Assembly (NCBI GenBank): GCA_964474435.1
Contig: CAYYSI010000001.1
Coordinates: 62,647 to 126,646 of the forward strand
Direction: 5' to 3'
DNA length: 64,000 bases
Origin: an uncultured Candidatus Saccharibacteria bacterium
GTDB lineage: Bacteria; Patescibacteriota; Minisyncoccia; Phycocordibacterales; UBA9973
Made by a program: the position numbers and the translations under genes. The notes below the pieces were generated by a model that was not told the origin of the DNA, did not search any database, and saw only the letters and a list, made by a program, of their open reading frames with translations. This document shows, piece by piece, positions 34,990 through 44,400 of the stretch (its first letter is position 1; each line of letters starts with the position of its first letter).

Positions 34990-35040
34990 TAAAAAAGATC
35001 ACATGTTACATGTGATCTTTTGCAATTTTTCAGGAATCAA

Positions 35041-36033
35041 TTAAGACGTAGATTCATCTGATTGAGGAATTGGAGTATCGTCTTCAACTTCATCAGCGCT
35101 TTGAATGAGTTCCATCTGTATTGCTTTGTTAATAATCCTTTTCTTCTTTTCTTCCGGAGTGTCAAAATACTTGTAGCCTGTAATCTTTGTTTGTTTTGCA
35201 AGCTCACTTAGTTTTTTCTTTTCTGAAGTAGTGGTAGTAGTATTTACTGCACCACTTTTTTCTTCCTCAGGAATTGTCTTTTCAACTGCCGGCGTTAAAG
35301 TGATGGTTTGAATCGCATACCCTTCAGTTTTTAGAGTTCTCGAAAAATAGTAAATATCATTTTTGCTAAAAATCGAAGTATTCACTACTAAAAGTTTCAA
35401 GTCAGAATCTTTCATTGCCTTCGCCAATTCTATATCCATAGTATTGACGTTGTCACCAGTAATGATTTTCGTGCCCGGCTTCTCCTTAGTGATTACCTTG
35501 GCGCACTCATCAGCATCTTTTCCGGAAACAAAAAATACCACCTTTTGGTTCTCATCTGTTACCTCAGTAAACTGAGAAGATTCTATTGTAATAGAAGAGT
35601 ATCCATATCGAGGGGCATATTCAATTATGAACGTTTCCTCAACATCTTTTAAATCTTCCGCAGATAATGAGTTTTTTGCTAAAACCATTAACTCTGTCGG
35701 TTTGGCGAGTGCTGCATGAACGGCTACTAAAAGTTTTTTTGATTTTGCGTTTTCAAACCTGGGCCGATCAAAATCAGGGCTTAGGTTTTCTTTCTTTTCA
35801 TCGAGGAATTCAACTGCCCATTTTCCTCTCTGGATAATTTCCTTAAGTTCCGGGTTCATAGTTTCTCCTGGTTTTGGATAGTCCATAGCAGAAGGAGTAA
35901 TGCTTATAAATTTCCCTTCACCTAGATCTAGTGAGAGATATTTGTTTAAAATCTCTATTCCATCAGGAGTAGTAATGAGTAGTCTTGACATATATATTTT
36001 TTTAAAATGTGAAAGTAAAATTTTTCTTGACAC
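35041..36033 (-). CDS. hypothetical protein (330 aa) with acidic C-terminal tail
   Basis: GTG start with a GAGGTG Shine-Dalgarno 10 nt upstream; no motif recognised. The C-terminus is ...EVEDDTPIPQSDESTS. Confidence 0.45.
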   Translation of the reverse strand: MSRKILLSHFKKIYMSRLLITTPDGIEILNKYLSLDLGEGKFISITPSAMDYPKPGETMNPELKEIIQRGKWAVEFLDEKKENLSPDFDRPRFENAKSKKLLVAVHAALAKPTELMVLAKNSLSAEDLKDVEETFIIEYAPRYGYSSITIESSQFTEVTDENQKVVFFVSGKDADECAKVITKEKPGTKIITGDNVNTMDIELAKAMKDSDLKLLVVNTSIFSKNDIYYFSRTLKTEGYAIQTITLTPAVEKTIPEEEKSGAVNTTTTTSEKKKLSELAKQTKITGYKYFDTPEEKKKRIINKAIQMELIQSADEVEDDTPIPQSDESTS

Positions 36034-36059
36034 TACTATAAAACACCTCTTTTGTCAAT

Positions 36060-36090
36060 AAATAAAGAACCTTCTTATGGGGAAGGTTCT
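36060..36090 (-). terminator. rho-independent terminator GAACCTTC-loop-GAAGGTTC (stop codon of the 36075 gene lies in the loop)
   Basis: A perfect 8-bp stem at 36067-36074 / 36082-36089 is followed on the minus strand by a T-rich tract. Confidence 0.6.
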
Positions 36091-36365
36091 GACCAGGCAA
36101 TGGTGCCAAAAAGGAAGATGGTGAACGATACATGGAGCATAATCGCAGAAATACCGACTCCGGGAACTGCGACCCAATAGAGCCATACACAAAACAGAGT
36201 TCCAATAAGGAGAAAGATGGTACTACTGGTATTGCGGTCTTTGTTTGGATATCGCAGGGCAAACAGAATGGCAATACAACTGATCCCGATACATATACCA
36301 AAGAGAATTTGAGGATCAATTGGTCTAGCCAACAAATCCTCGCGAGGCGTGAATTTGTGGGGCAT
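36075..36365 (-). CDS. hypothetical small membrane protein (2 TM)
   Basis: Two clear hydrophobic helices (ILFGICIGISCIAILFAL and IFLLIGTLFCVWLYWVAVPGVGISAIMLHV). Confidence 0.45.
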   Translation of the reverse strand: MPHKFTPREDLLARPIDPQILFGICIGISCIAILFALRYPNKDRNTSSTIFLLIGTLFCVWLYWVAVPGVGISAIMLHVSFTIFLFGTIAWSEPSP

Positions 36366-36438
36366 AGTATTTTTCTTTCATCCTACGTGATGGAAAGTTT
36401 CTGTCAATTTTATACCCCCGCACATGGCGGGGGTTTTA

Positions 36439-36666
36439 TTATTTGATGTATTTGTTTTTGAAATATTCCTCAAGAGTGATACGGTCTCGGGTGCCTTTAT
36501 TTGTAAAGGTGACAATCATATCAGAGGAATGGTCTGGATAAAGCCGCACAGTTGGGTGCGCAGGCAATACTTTTGATGTTTGTTCTGGAGGTACCAGAAG
36601 CGCTGCAAGGAAACCGAATACAATTACCGAGCAGCAGATGACAGATAGTGCTTGGAGTTTTTTCAT
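36439..36666 (-). CDS. hypothetical small secreted / membrane-anchored protein (75 aa)
   Basis: It has an N-terminal signal/TM (LSVICCSVIVFGFLAALLV) and is divergent from the nth-like gene. Confidence 0.4.
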   Translation of the reverse strand: MKKLQALSVICCSVIVFGFLAALLVPPEQTSKVLPAHPTVRLYPDHSSDMIVTFTNKGTRDRITLEEYFKNKYIK

Positions 36667-36700
36667 GTTTCGGGGTTTTCTTATATGATACTCTTCTTAT

Positions 36701-37348
36701 ATGACGAGTCAACAATTGGCAAAATCCAAGGATATCTGGCAGAAAATTGGACCCACGCTCCTCAAGCAGTATCGCCGCGACGAGACCTTTTTGGACTACC
36801 AGAATCCATGGCAGCTCACCGTGGCCGTGACACTCTCTGCGCAAACTACTGATATCGGAGTAAACAAAGTCACACCATTATTGTTCAAGACATTTCCAAC
36901 TCCTGAATCATTGGCCAAAGCTCCGCTTCCAAAGATTGAGAAAATCATCGGCAGTCTTGGCTTTTATCGATCCAAGGCAAAGTATATAAAAGCTGCGGCA
37001 GATGTTGTGGTAAAGGAATTCAAAGGCGTGATACCCCATGATCCAGAACTCATTCAAAAGATGCCGGGCATTGGCCGCAAGGGTGCGATCGCAGTCATAT
37101 CGAATGCATATCCCAAATACGCCAACATCGGCATCCCAGTCGACACACATGTGATCAGATTTGTAAAAAGATTTAAGCTAACCAATGCAACTGATCCATC
37201 CAAGATAGAGCAAGATTTGCTCCAGATTATTCCGCAAAAGGATTGGAAACGCGCCGGCTATGCCATCAAAGAATACGGCCGCAAAGAAGGGAAGGCGAGA
37301 GGGTATAAGCAAGAGGAAGATCCGTTGGTACAAATTTTGAAGAAATAA
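36701..37348 (+). CDS. HhH-GPD DNA glycosylase, endonuclease III-like, but lacking the C-terminal [4Fe-4S] cysteine cluster
   Basis: The HhH-GPD core is present: QLTVAVTLSAQTTDIGVNKVT..., the hairpin PGIGRKGAIAVISNAY, and the catalytic VDTHVIR. There are no cysteines in the C-terminal 40 aa. Confidence 0.7.
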   Translation: MTSQQLAKSKDIWQKIGPTLLKQYRRDETFLDYQNPWQLTVAVTLSAQTTDIGVNKVTPLLFKTFPTPESLAKAPLPKIEKIIGSLGFYRSKAKYIKAAADVVVKEFKGVIPHDPELIQKMPGIGRKGAIAVISNAYPKYANIGIPVDTHVIRFVKRFKLTNATDPSKIEQDLLQIIPQKDWKRAGYAIKEYGRKEGKARGYKQEEDPLVQILKK

Positions 37349-37354
37349 AACACA

Positions 37355-37609
37355 CTATAAAAGTGTGTCATCATCCGTACGTTTCCATCTGCTCGTTATT
37401 ATGCAAACCCATATCAGCAACCAGAGATAAGTTACGAAGATACTGGCGCCTGCGACTATTAAGATCGGGTAATGTACTGTGTTGAAATTTATTACATAGA
37501 GTACAACAAAACTCAAAGCTAACTTTTTCAGAGTACTACCTGGGGCATAATATATTGCTGATCCGGCAACAGTTAATATAAAGAGCGTGTGCATTAAAAA
37601 ACTTTTCAT
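37355..37609 (-). CDS. hypothetical small membrane protein (84 aa, 3 TM)
   Basis: Strongly hydrophobic, with W/R flanking residues; no motif. Confidence 0.4.
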   Translation of the reverse strand: MKSFLMHTLFILTVAGSAIYYAPGSTLKKLALSFVVLYVINFNTVHYPILIVAGASIFVTYLWLLIWVCIITSRWKRTDDDTLL

Positions 37610-37644
37610 ATTCTTAATTTTTATGTTACATTAGAACATATTTT

Positions 37645-38892
37645 ATGATTCGTCAAGATTTAGACCAATTTGAATTGCCGGGGGAGCCGGGTGTGTATTT
37701 CTTCCGCGATAACGCGGGCAAGATTTTGTATATTGGCAAGGCGACAAGTCTGCGCGATCGCGTGCGCTCATACTTTGGTGCGGACTTGATCAAGACACGC
37801 GGCCCGAGACTTGTTGATATGGTATTCAAGGCAACGGCTGTCACCTGGCAACAAACGCCGAGTGTCCTCGAAGCATTGATCCTCGAAGCAAACCTAATCA
37901 AGAAATATCAGCCGCACTACAACCGCCAAGAAAAAGACGACAAGTCCTTTAACTGCGTCGTGATCACCAAAGAAGAATTCCCACGAATACTTCTCGCGCG
38001 CCAAAAGGATATCGATACCCGCGAAAAGCTCCTGACTCTACCCAAGCAAAAAGGCACCAAAGTAAAGTACGATGCGGTCTTTGGTCCGTATCCATCTGGT
38101 GCCTCCCTTCGCGAAGCACTTGCGATCATCAGACGCATTTTCCCATACCGCGATCGTGTGAGTGCGATGAAGGACAAAGAAGCATTCTATCGACAGATCC
38201 ATCTCTCACCCGACGTGACAAATGCCGAGGCGGCAAAAGTCTATCGCAAAAACATCGGCCATATCAAAAAGATTTTCCAAGGCAAACTGCAGACATTGAT
38301 CAACGAACTCAAAGTAGATATGAACAAAGCCGCCGCTGCTATGAAGTTCGAAGAGGCGAATGAGCTCAAACACAAGGTCTTTGCGCTCGAGCATGTGCAG
38401 GATGTGTCACTCATCAAACGCGACCTGATCCAGTCACGCGACGAGACGACGATCAGATTTGAGGCGTATGACATTGCGCATCTGTCGGGGACACAGATGG
38501 TGGGTGTCATGACAGTTGTCGAAAACAGTGCCGTACAAAAAGACGACTATCGCAAGTTCATCATCAGAGGATTCGACAAGGCAAATGATGCAGGTGCGCT
38601 GCGTGAAGTGCTCGTTCGCAGACTTGCACATACTGAATGGCCGTATCCAACAGCGATCGTTGTGGACGGCAATGCGATCCAAGTCAACGCCGCAAACAAA
38701 GTCTTGCGCGATCTCGACCTCTCGATCCCCATCATTGCAGTCACCAAAGACGAACGACACAAACCCAAGTCTATCTCAGGTCCAACTGAGCTCATTGACG
38801 CACACAAATTTGCGATATTGCTCGCAAATAATGAAGCACATCGCTACGCAATTGCATTCCACAAAGACAGAAGGAGAAAGGTGATGATTTGA
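37645..38892 (+). CDS. uvrC: excinuclease ABC subunit C, short form (GIY-YIG plus RNase-H-like endonuclease domain, no C-terminal HhH2)
   Basis: GIY-YIG: GVYFFRDNAGKILYIGKATSLRDRVRSYF...EALILEANLIKKYQPHYN. C-terminal half: FEAYDIAHLSGTQMVGVMTVV...DDYRKF...DGNAIQVNAA is the UvrC endonuclease V-like domain. It ends at 415 aa without HhH. Confidence 0.75.
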   Translation: MIRQDLDQFELPGEPGVYFFRDNAGKILYIGKATSLRDRVRSYFGADLIKTRGPRLVDMVFKATAVTWQQTPSVLEALILEANLIKKYQPHYNRQEKDDKSFNCVVITKEEFPRILLARQKDIDTREKLLTLPKQKGTKVKYDAVFGPYPSGASLREALAIIRRIFPYRDRVSAMKDKEAFYRQIHLSPDVTNAEAAKVYRKNIGHIKKIFQGKLQTLINELKVDMNKAAAAMKFEEANELKHKVFALEHVQDVSLIKRDLIQSRDETTIRFEAYDIAHLSGTQMVGVMTVVENSAVQKDDYRKFIIRGFDKANDAGALREVLVRRLAHTEWPYPTAIVVDGNAIQVNAANKVLRDLDLSIPIIAVTKDERHKPKSISGPTELIDAHKFAILLANNEAHRYAIAFHKDRRRKVMI

Positions 38893-38933
38893 CAAAATTA
38901 TACAATAAAGTATAATATAGAAAACTTAAAACA

Positions 38934-39212
38934 ATGTACGAAATTTATGTTTGGCTCAATGCGGTACCCGCAGTATTTGCCTGTATAGCTTTTGCAGCAA
39001 ATTGTGAATATTCAGAACAAAGTAAATTCGCTCCATTTAATTGGGAATACAAAAAGCCATTAAAAAGTTTTTGGGTTGGAATAATAGGTGTGCTATCTAT
39101 TACCCTCATTAGTTTTTTAATGGTGTTCTTCTGGCTATGGTTTCTTGAAACCGGGTTGAAGAAAAATAATGTATTCACGAGAAAATACTTTTTTCTGTAT
39201 GGATCAAAATAA
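38934..39212 (+). CDS. hypothetical small membrane protein (92 aa)
   Basis: It has two hydrophobic segments and is AT-rich. Weak call. Confidence 0.3.
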   Translation: MYEIYVWLNAVPAVFACIAFAANCEYSEQSKFAPFNWEYKKPLKSFWVGIIGVLSITLISFLMVFFWLWFLETGLKKNNVFTRKYFFLYGSK

Positions 39213-39266
39213 TGTATTAATTACTTCCTATTACTTTAATAGGAAGTTTTTTGTTATAATTTCTCT

Positions 39267-40220
39267 ATGCAAAAAATCGGAGTACTCCGCGGGGGTCCTG
39301 GAGACGAATATCATTTGTCGCTTGAAAGTGGCGCGCGCATTTCTGCCGCACTTCGTGCCGAAGGCTATGACGTACTCGACATGCTCGTCGATCGCGAGGG
39401 CATTCTCCATATCAAAGGTATCCCGGCAGCTATCGAGGAGATCCCTCAACACGTCGACATGGTGTGGAATGCGCTGCATGGTGCCGGTGGCGAAGACGGC
39501 GTGATACAGCGCATGCTCGAAGAAATCGGTATACCATACAGTGGCTCTGGCATCGATGCCTCTGAAGCAACGATCAACAAACTCACTGCCAAAGAACGTG
39601 CAAAAGAATTGGGACTTAAAACTCCCGAGTCCATACTTGTCATGCCCGAAGGAGGCGAGTCCGTATCAGAGATCACCCAAAATATTTATAAGCGCATGTC
39701 ACCACCGTGGGTACTCAAGCCATTGACGGGTGGCGCATCAATCAATACCTACTTTGCATTCACGCCGCTCGAACTCGCGCACTTTGTCGAAGAAAGCGTT
39801 TCGAACGGACAGCCATTCATTGTCGAGCAATACATATACGGCAGGGAAGCATCAGTCGGTGTGATCGATAACTTTCGTGGACAGGACAAATATGTGCTGC
39901 CAGTGGTTGAGCTCAAGTCCACAAATCGCGGCGTACTCACACACGACGCCCGCAAAGGAGACGAGCATGCAGTTGTGGGTGGATCATTCCGAAGTGATGA
40001 ACGAGAAATGCTCTCCAAGCTCGGGCGAGATTTGCACGAACACCTCGGTGCGAATGATTATTCTCAAAGTGAGTTCATCGTCGATAAGTATGGCAAAATT
40101 TGGTATATCGAAACTGACACCTCGCCACACATGGGTGAGCACAATGCATTTGCAAAGGCACTCAAGCATGTTGGGTCGTCATTGGGAGAATTCGTAAAGT
40201 CAGTAATCGGCAGGAAATAA
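39267..40220 (+). CDS. ddl: D-alanine--D-alanine ligase (ATP-grasp)
   Basis: The N-terminus MQKIGVLRGGPGDEYHLSLESGARISAALRAEGYDV is Ddl-like. An ATP-grasp central domain and a C-terminal ...EFIVD...YIETDTSPHMGEHNAF are present. Confidence 0.7.
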   Translation: MQKIGVLRGGPGDEYHLSLESGARISAALRAEGYDVLDMLVDREGILHIKGIPAAIEEIPQHVDMVWNALHGAGGEDGVIQRMLEEIGIPYSGSGIDASEATINKLTAKERAKELGLKTPESILVMPEGGESVSEITQNIYKRMSPPWVLKPLTGGASINTYFAFTPLELAHFVEESVSNGQPFIVEQYIYGREASVGVIDNFRGQDKYVLPVVELKSTNRGVLTHDARKGDEHAVVGGSFRSDEREMLSKLGRDLHEHLGANDYSQSEFIVDKYGKIWYIETDTSPHMGEHNAFAKALKHVGSSLGEFVKSVIGRK

Positions 40221-40250
40221 AAAACCACTCAGATGAGTGGTTTTTTATTT
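40219..40250. terminator. bidirectional rho-independent terminator AACCACTC-agat-GAGTGGTT flanked by A5 / T6
   Basis: A perfect 8-bp stem with A-run and T-run flanks lies between convergent genes ending at 40220 (+) and 40258 (-). Confidence 0.8.
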
Positions 40251-40257
40251 AGAAATA

Positions 40258-40518
40258 TTATTCGTCAGTGTCTACTTTGTCATGCTCCACTGTTTCTTTG
40301 ACGACGTCAGAGAAATGTTCTTCTTGAGCCTCGACAACTTTTTCGAGAGCTTCTGTTGTATCTCCGCCATTTTCTTTGGCTTCCGCATAAGCTTCTTTGG
40401 CCTCATCTACTTTTTGTGCTGAATCGTCAGCATTAGACGAGTCTCCAAGGGCATCCGCAATCAATCCATCAAAGAATCGAAATACTGCCTCGAATGGGTT
40501 TTGTAACGCTATTGCATA
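40258..40518 (-). CDS. hypothetical small acidic protein (86 aa)
   Basis: The start was chosen at ATG 40518 (MYAIALQNPFEAVFRFFDGL...). The longer track ORF would overlap the divergent gene at 40574. The C-terminal half is acidic and Ala/Glu-rich. Confidence 0.3.
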   Translation of the reverse strand, partial: YAIALQNPFEAVFRFFDGLIADALGDSSNADDSAQKVDEAKEAYAEAKENGGDTTEALEKVVEAQEEHFSDVVKETVEHDKVDTDE

Positions 40519-40573
40519 CATAGATATATCCTCGTTTGGCTTATAAGGGACCTGTATATAGTATACTCCTAGT

Positions 40574-41578
40574 ATGGAACAAAAAAAAATCACACCATTA
40601 TTCTTCTTTTTGTCATTAGGAACCGTCGTGACGCTGATCGCAAGCGTGTCGGCATTTTTAAACCTTATATTTGAAACACTCAATCATGCATTGCCCGACG
40701 TGCTGACCGATGCGTATACCTATGGATACGCAAACTATAGTTATGAAAACGTTCGTAGTGCACTCGCGCTTCTCATCATCATATTCCCAGTATTCTTGGT
40801 GCTCGAACATTTCTGGTCAAAGCAGGCGCGTGCATCAGACCTCTCGTCATGGAATGCAACACTTCGCAAATGGGCAATCTATCTCATTTTGTTCCTCGCA
40901 AGTATCACGATCATCACTGACCTCGTCATACTCGTGCGGTATTTTGTTTCTGGTGAAATAACCACACGCTTTATTTTGAAAATCGCGCTCACGCTCCTCG
41001 TCGCAGGCAAGGTCGGGTATTACTACATCCGCAAACTCCTCAACAAGACTTCTCGCACATGGAGCAATCTCTATCTCGGTGGCAGTATCCTCCTTGTACT
41101 CGCAGGCATCATCTGGAGCTTCTCGGTGATCGGCTCACCTATGAATCAACGCAAACTCCGCATGGATGATCGTCGCATCAATGATCTGCAGTCCATCCAG
41201 TGGCAGGTGATCAGTTATTGGCAGCAAAAGGAGAAATTGCCAGCAACACTCACCGAGCTATCAAACCCAATCTCGAGCTACATGGTGCCGACTGATCCAG
41301 AATTCCAAAAAGGAAAGATGTATGAATATGCAAAAACAGGGGACAAATCATTTGAACTCTGTGCAACATTCGACCTGCCTATGCCCAAAGGCTGGGTCCC
41401 AGGTACAGGAGGCGGTATTGCGTACCCAATGACGGCTACACGTGACGCTGCGGTCTCGATGCCATATCCTGGCGCAATAGGGAGCGATAGTTGGGATCAC
41501 GAAGGCGGCCGCGCATGCTTCACTCGCACCATTGATCCAGATCTGTATCCTCCGTATCCAAAGCCAGTGAAAGGGTAA
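40574..41578 (+). CDS. hypothetical polytopic membrane protein with C-terminal extracytoplasmic domain
   Basis: About 5 TM helices in the N-terminal 200 aa are followed by a ~130-aa domain (…QWQVISYWQQKEKLPATLTELSNP…). No motif recognised. Confidence 0.45.
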   Translation: MEQKKITPLFFFLSLGTVVTLIASVSAFLNLIFETLNHALPDVLTDAYTYGYANYSYENVRSALALLIIIFPVFLVLEHFWSKQARASDLSSWNATLRKWAIYLILFLASITIITDLVILVRYFVSGEITTRFILKIALTLLVAGKVGYYYIRKLLNKTSRTWSNLYLGGSILLVLAGIIWSFSVIGSPMNQRKLRMDDRRINDLQSIQWQVISYWQQKEKLPATLTELSNPISSYMVPTDPEFQKGKMYEYAKTGDKSFELCATFDLPMPKGWVPGTGGGIAYPMTATRDAAVSMPYPGAIGSDSWDHEGGRACFTRTIDPDLYPPYPKPVKG

Positions 41579-41624
41579 TTGCGTTTCTGGTACTAAATTA
41601 GTATTATGATGCAAATTATTATTT

Positions 41625-41783
41625 ATGGCAGTAGCAACTTCGGAAGAAATGATACAAAGTGCTAGTATCGTTAATTATGATATGGAAGCTTATGAAATAA
41701 AAATGAGGAAACTTGGGTACTCATTTGAATCAGAAGAAGAGGGTAAATCTTCTTCTGCGGTAGAAGAAAGCACTAAAGATTAA
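41625..41783 (+). CDS. small acidic ORF (52 aa) with own terminator, directly upstream of leuS
   Basis: MAVATSEEMIQSASIVNYDMEAYEIKMRKLGYSFESEEEGKSSSAVEESTKD, with a terminator at 41798-41830. It is below the ORF-track cutoff. Confidence 0.35.
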   Translation: MAVATSEEMIQSASIVNYDMEAYEIKMRKLGYSFESEEEGKSSSAVEESTKD

Positions 41784-41797
41784 TAGGAAATAACCCA

Positions 41798-41830
41798 GAC
41801 TCCCAGTGTTACCACTGGGAGTTTTCATTT
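41798..41830 (+). terminator. rho-independent terminator CTCCCAGTG-ttac-CACTGGGAG followed by T4
   Basis: A perfect 9-bp stem is followed by TTTTCATTT. It lies 36 nt upstream of the leuS ATG (41866). Confidence 0.8.
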
Positions 41831-41865
41831 GCTAAATACCCCATTTTGTGGAAAAATCGTTATAC

Positions 41866-44385
41866 ATGAAAGCCTACGACCACAAGGATATTGAAGCAAA
41901 ATGGCAGAAAGAGTGGGAAAGTGCTGCAACCTACAAAACGACAGAAGATAGTACGAAGCCGAAGCAATATGTCTTGGATATGTTTCCGTATCCTTCCGGA
42001 GAAGGACTCCATGTAGGACATCCTCGGGGATACATCGCAACCGACGTCTACAGTCGTAAAAAAAGAATGGAAGGATTTAACGTGCTGCATCCAATGGGAT
42101 GGGATGCATTTGGATTGCCAGCAGAAAACTATGCCATCAAAAACCAGGTACATCCGCGTGTTGCAGTAGAAAAAAATGTCGCACGATTTAAAGAGCAGCT
42201 CTCATTGATCGGACTCGACTATGATTGGTCACGCGAGATCAATACGACTGATCCGGCGTTTTACAAATGGACGCAATGGATATTTTTGCAGATGCTCAAA
42301 AAAGGTCTTGCCTATGAATCAAATGAGCCAGTGAACTGGTGTCCCACTGACAAGACTGTGCTTGCAAACGAAGATGTTGAGCCAGATGGTACCTGCGAAC
42401 GTTGCGGTACTAAGGTCGAAAAGAAGGCAATGCGACAGTGGGTGCTCAAGATCACTGACTATGCAGATCGCATGCTCGAAGATTTAGACAAGCTTCCAAA
42501 ATGGCCAGAAGGTGTAAAGGAAGCACAACGCAACTGGATTGGACGAAATGAAGGAAGTGAAATTGATTTCCCAATAGAAGGACAACCAGAGCATCCGATC
42601 AAGGTATTTACGACACGTGCTGACACATTGTTCGGTGTGACGTTTATTGCTGTCTCTGCAGGCCTTGCAAAGAAGTGGATTGATATGGGATGGAAAGCAT
42701 CGCCAGATGTTCAAGTCTATATTGAACAGGCGCTTGCACAAGAATCAGTTCGTGATTTCAAAGAAAAAGAAAAGACTGGTATCCCGGCTGGCTTTGATGC
42801 CATCAATCCTGGTACCAAAGAAAAAGTTCCTATCTGGATCACGAACTATGTCATGAGTGATGTCGGCACTGGCGCGATCATGGGTGTACCCGCGCATGAT
42901 GAGAGAGATTTTGAATTTGCACTTAAATACAATCTGAAAATAATAGATGTTGTGGATCCTAATCCTAAACTCATTGATGAATACTACAAAAAGATTGGGT
43001 ACGACAAAAGATGTTACACAGGTTCTGGAGTTTTAATTAATTCCAATCAATTCAACGGTCTCACCTCAGAAGAAGCTCGCACAAAAATCACTGAATTTGT
43101 TGGAGGAAAAATGATAAGTACCTATCGCATCAAGGATTGGGTGTTTTCTCGGCAGAGATATTGGGGAGAACCAATCCCAGTTATTCACTGTGAAAAATGC
43201 GGAGTAGTACCGGTACCCGAGGATCAACTGCCCGTGCTTTTGCCGGAGGTTACCAAATATGAACCAACTGGCAGAGGAGAAAGCCCGCTTGCAGATATTG
43301 CAGAATGGGTGAACACACCATGTCCGACGTGTGGAGGTGCCGCAAAACGCGAGACAAACACCATGCCGCAATGGGCAGGATCATCTTGGTATTATTTGCG
43401 CTATATTGATCCGAACAATGGTGAGGCGCTTATTAATCCAACCAAAGAAAAGCAGTGGATGCCAGTCGATGTCTATGTCGGCGGGGATCATGCAACACGG
43501 CACCTTATATATGCACGTTTTTGGCATAAGTTTCTCTTTGATATTGGAGTGGTAACAACCGAAGAACCATTTCCTCGTCTTGAATTTCTCGGATTTATTT
43601 TGGCAGAAGATGGCCGCAAAATGTCCAAGCGCTGGGGAAATATCGTCAATCCTGATGACGTCATAAAGCAATTTGGAGCAGATGCATTTCGACTCTATGA
43701 AATGTTTATTGGTCCATTTGAAGGGACTGTTCCCTGGAGCACCAATGGACTCGTCGGCACGCGTCGCTTTGTTGAAAAAGTATGGCGTTATGTAAAAGAT
43801 AAAACAGTAGAAAGGTTTATTGAAGATGGAGGTAAAGAGAGATTAGATGGTTATAGAAATGGAGACGTAATGTCTTCATATAATGATAAAAGATTACAAA
43901 TAAAAATTCATAAATGTATAAAAAAAGTTAGTGAAGATATCGAATCATTTAAGTTTAATACAGCAATATCAGAATTAATGATTATTTTCAATGAACTTTT
44001 ACAAGAAAGTAAATCTGGGTATATGTCAGAAAGTTTAACCACTGGAATTCCTTATAAAGACCTCTCTAGTTTATTGAGAATTCTCGCCCCATTTGCCCCT
44101 CACATGACCGAAGAGTTGTGGCATGAGCTTGGAGAGACATCTTCTATTCACTTGAGTGAATGGCCAAAGGCAGATGAAGCGTTGCTTGTGGATGATACAG
44201 TCACGATCGGGGTACAGATCAATGGCAAGGTTCGTGATGAGCTCACGATTGCAGTATCTGCAACTAAACAAGAAATAGAACATGCGGCGCGCGAGCTCCC
44301 TCGTATCAAAGAATATACAGAAGGGAAGTCGATCAAAAACGTCATCGTTGTTCCAGGCCGCATTATCAACATCCTCACCGAGTAG
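41866..44385 (+). CDS. leuS: leucyl-tRNA synthetase
   Basis: HIGH motif HVGHPRGY, the editing CP1 domain and KMSKRWGN (KMSKS) are present. The N-terminus MKAYDHKDIEAKWQKEW is typical. The track ORF starts at GTG 41848. Confidence 0.95.
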   Translation: MKAYDHKDIEAKWQKEWESAATYKTTEDSTKPKQYVLDMFPYPSGEGLHVGHPRGYIATDVYSRKKRMEGFNVLHPMGWDAFGLPAENYAIKNQVHPRVAVEKNVARFKEQLSLIGLDYDWSREINTTDPAFYKWTQWIFLQMLKKGLAYESNEPVNWCPTDKTVLANEDVEPDGTCERCGTKVEKKAMRQWVLKITDYADRMLEDLDKLPKWPEGVKEAQRNWIGRNEGSEIDFPIEGQPEHPIKVFTTRADTLFGVTFIAVSAGLAKKWIDMGWKASPDVQVYIEQALAQESVRDFKEKEKTGIPAGFDAINPGTKEKVPIWITNYVMSDVGTGAIMGVPAHDERDFEFALKYNLKIIDVVDPNPKLIDEYYKKIGYDKRCYTGSGVLINSNQFNGLTSEEARTKITEFVGGKMISTYRIKDWVFSRQRYWGEPIPVIHCEKCGVVPVPEDQLPVLLPEVTKYEPTGRGESPLADIAEWVNTPCPTCGGAAKRETNTMPQWAGSSWYYLRYIDPNNGEALINPTKEKQWMPVDVYVGGDHATRHLIYARFWHKFLFDIGVVTTEEPFPRLEFLGFILAEDGRKMSKRWGNIVNPDDVIKQFGADAFRLYEMFIGPFEGTVPWSTNGLVGTRRFVEKVWRYVKDKTVERFIEDGGKERLDGYRNGDVMSSYNDKRLQIKIHKCIKKVSEDIESFKFNTAISELMIIFNELLQESKSGYMSESLTTGIPYKDLSSLLRILAPFAPHMTEELWHELGETSSIHLSEWPKADEALLVDDTVTIGVQINGKVRDELTIAVSATKQEIEHAARELPRIKEYTEGKSIKNVIVVPGRIINILTE

Positions 44386-44400
44386 CCACCGAGGCTACAT

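Noticed and set aside
36132-36446. 104-aa plus-strand ORF
   Set aside because: It is antisense to a minus-strand gene encoding a clear two-TM protein. Its translation is polar and low-complexity without a start context.
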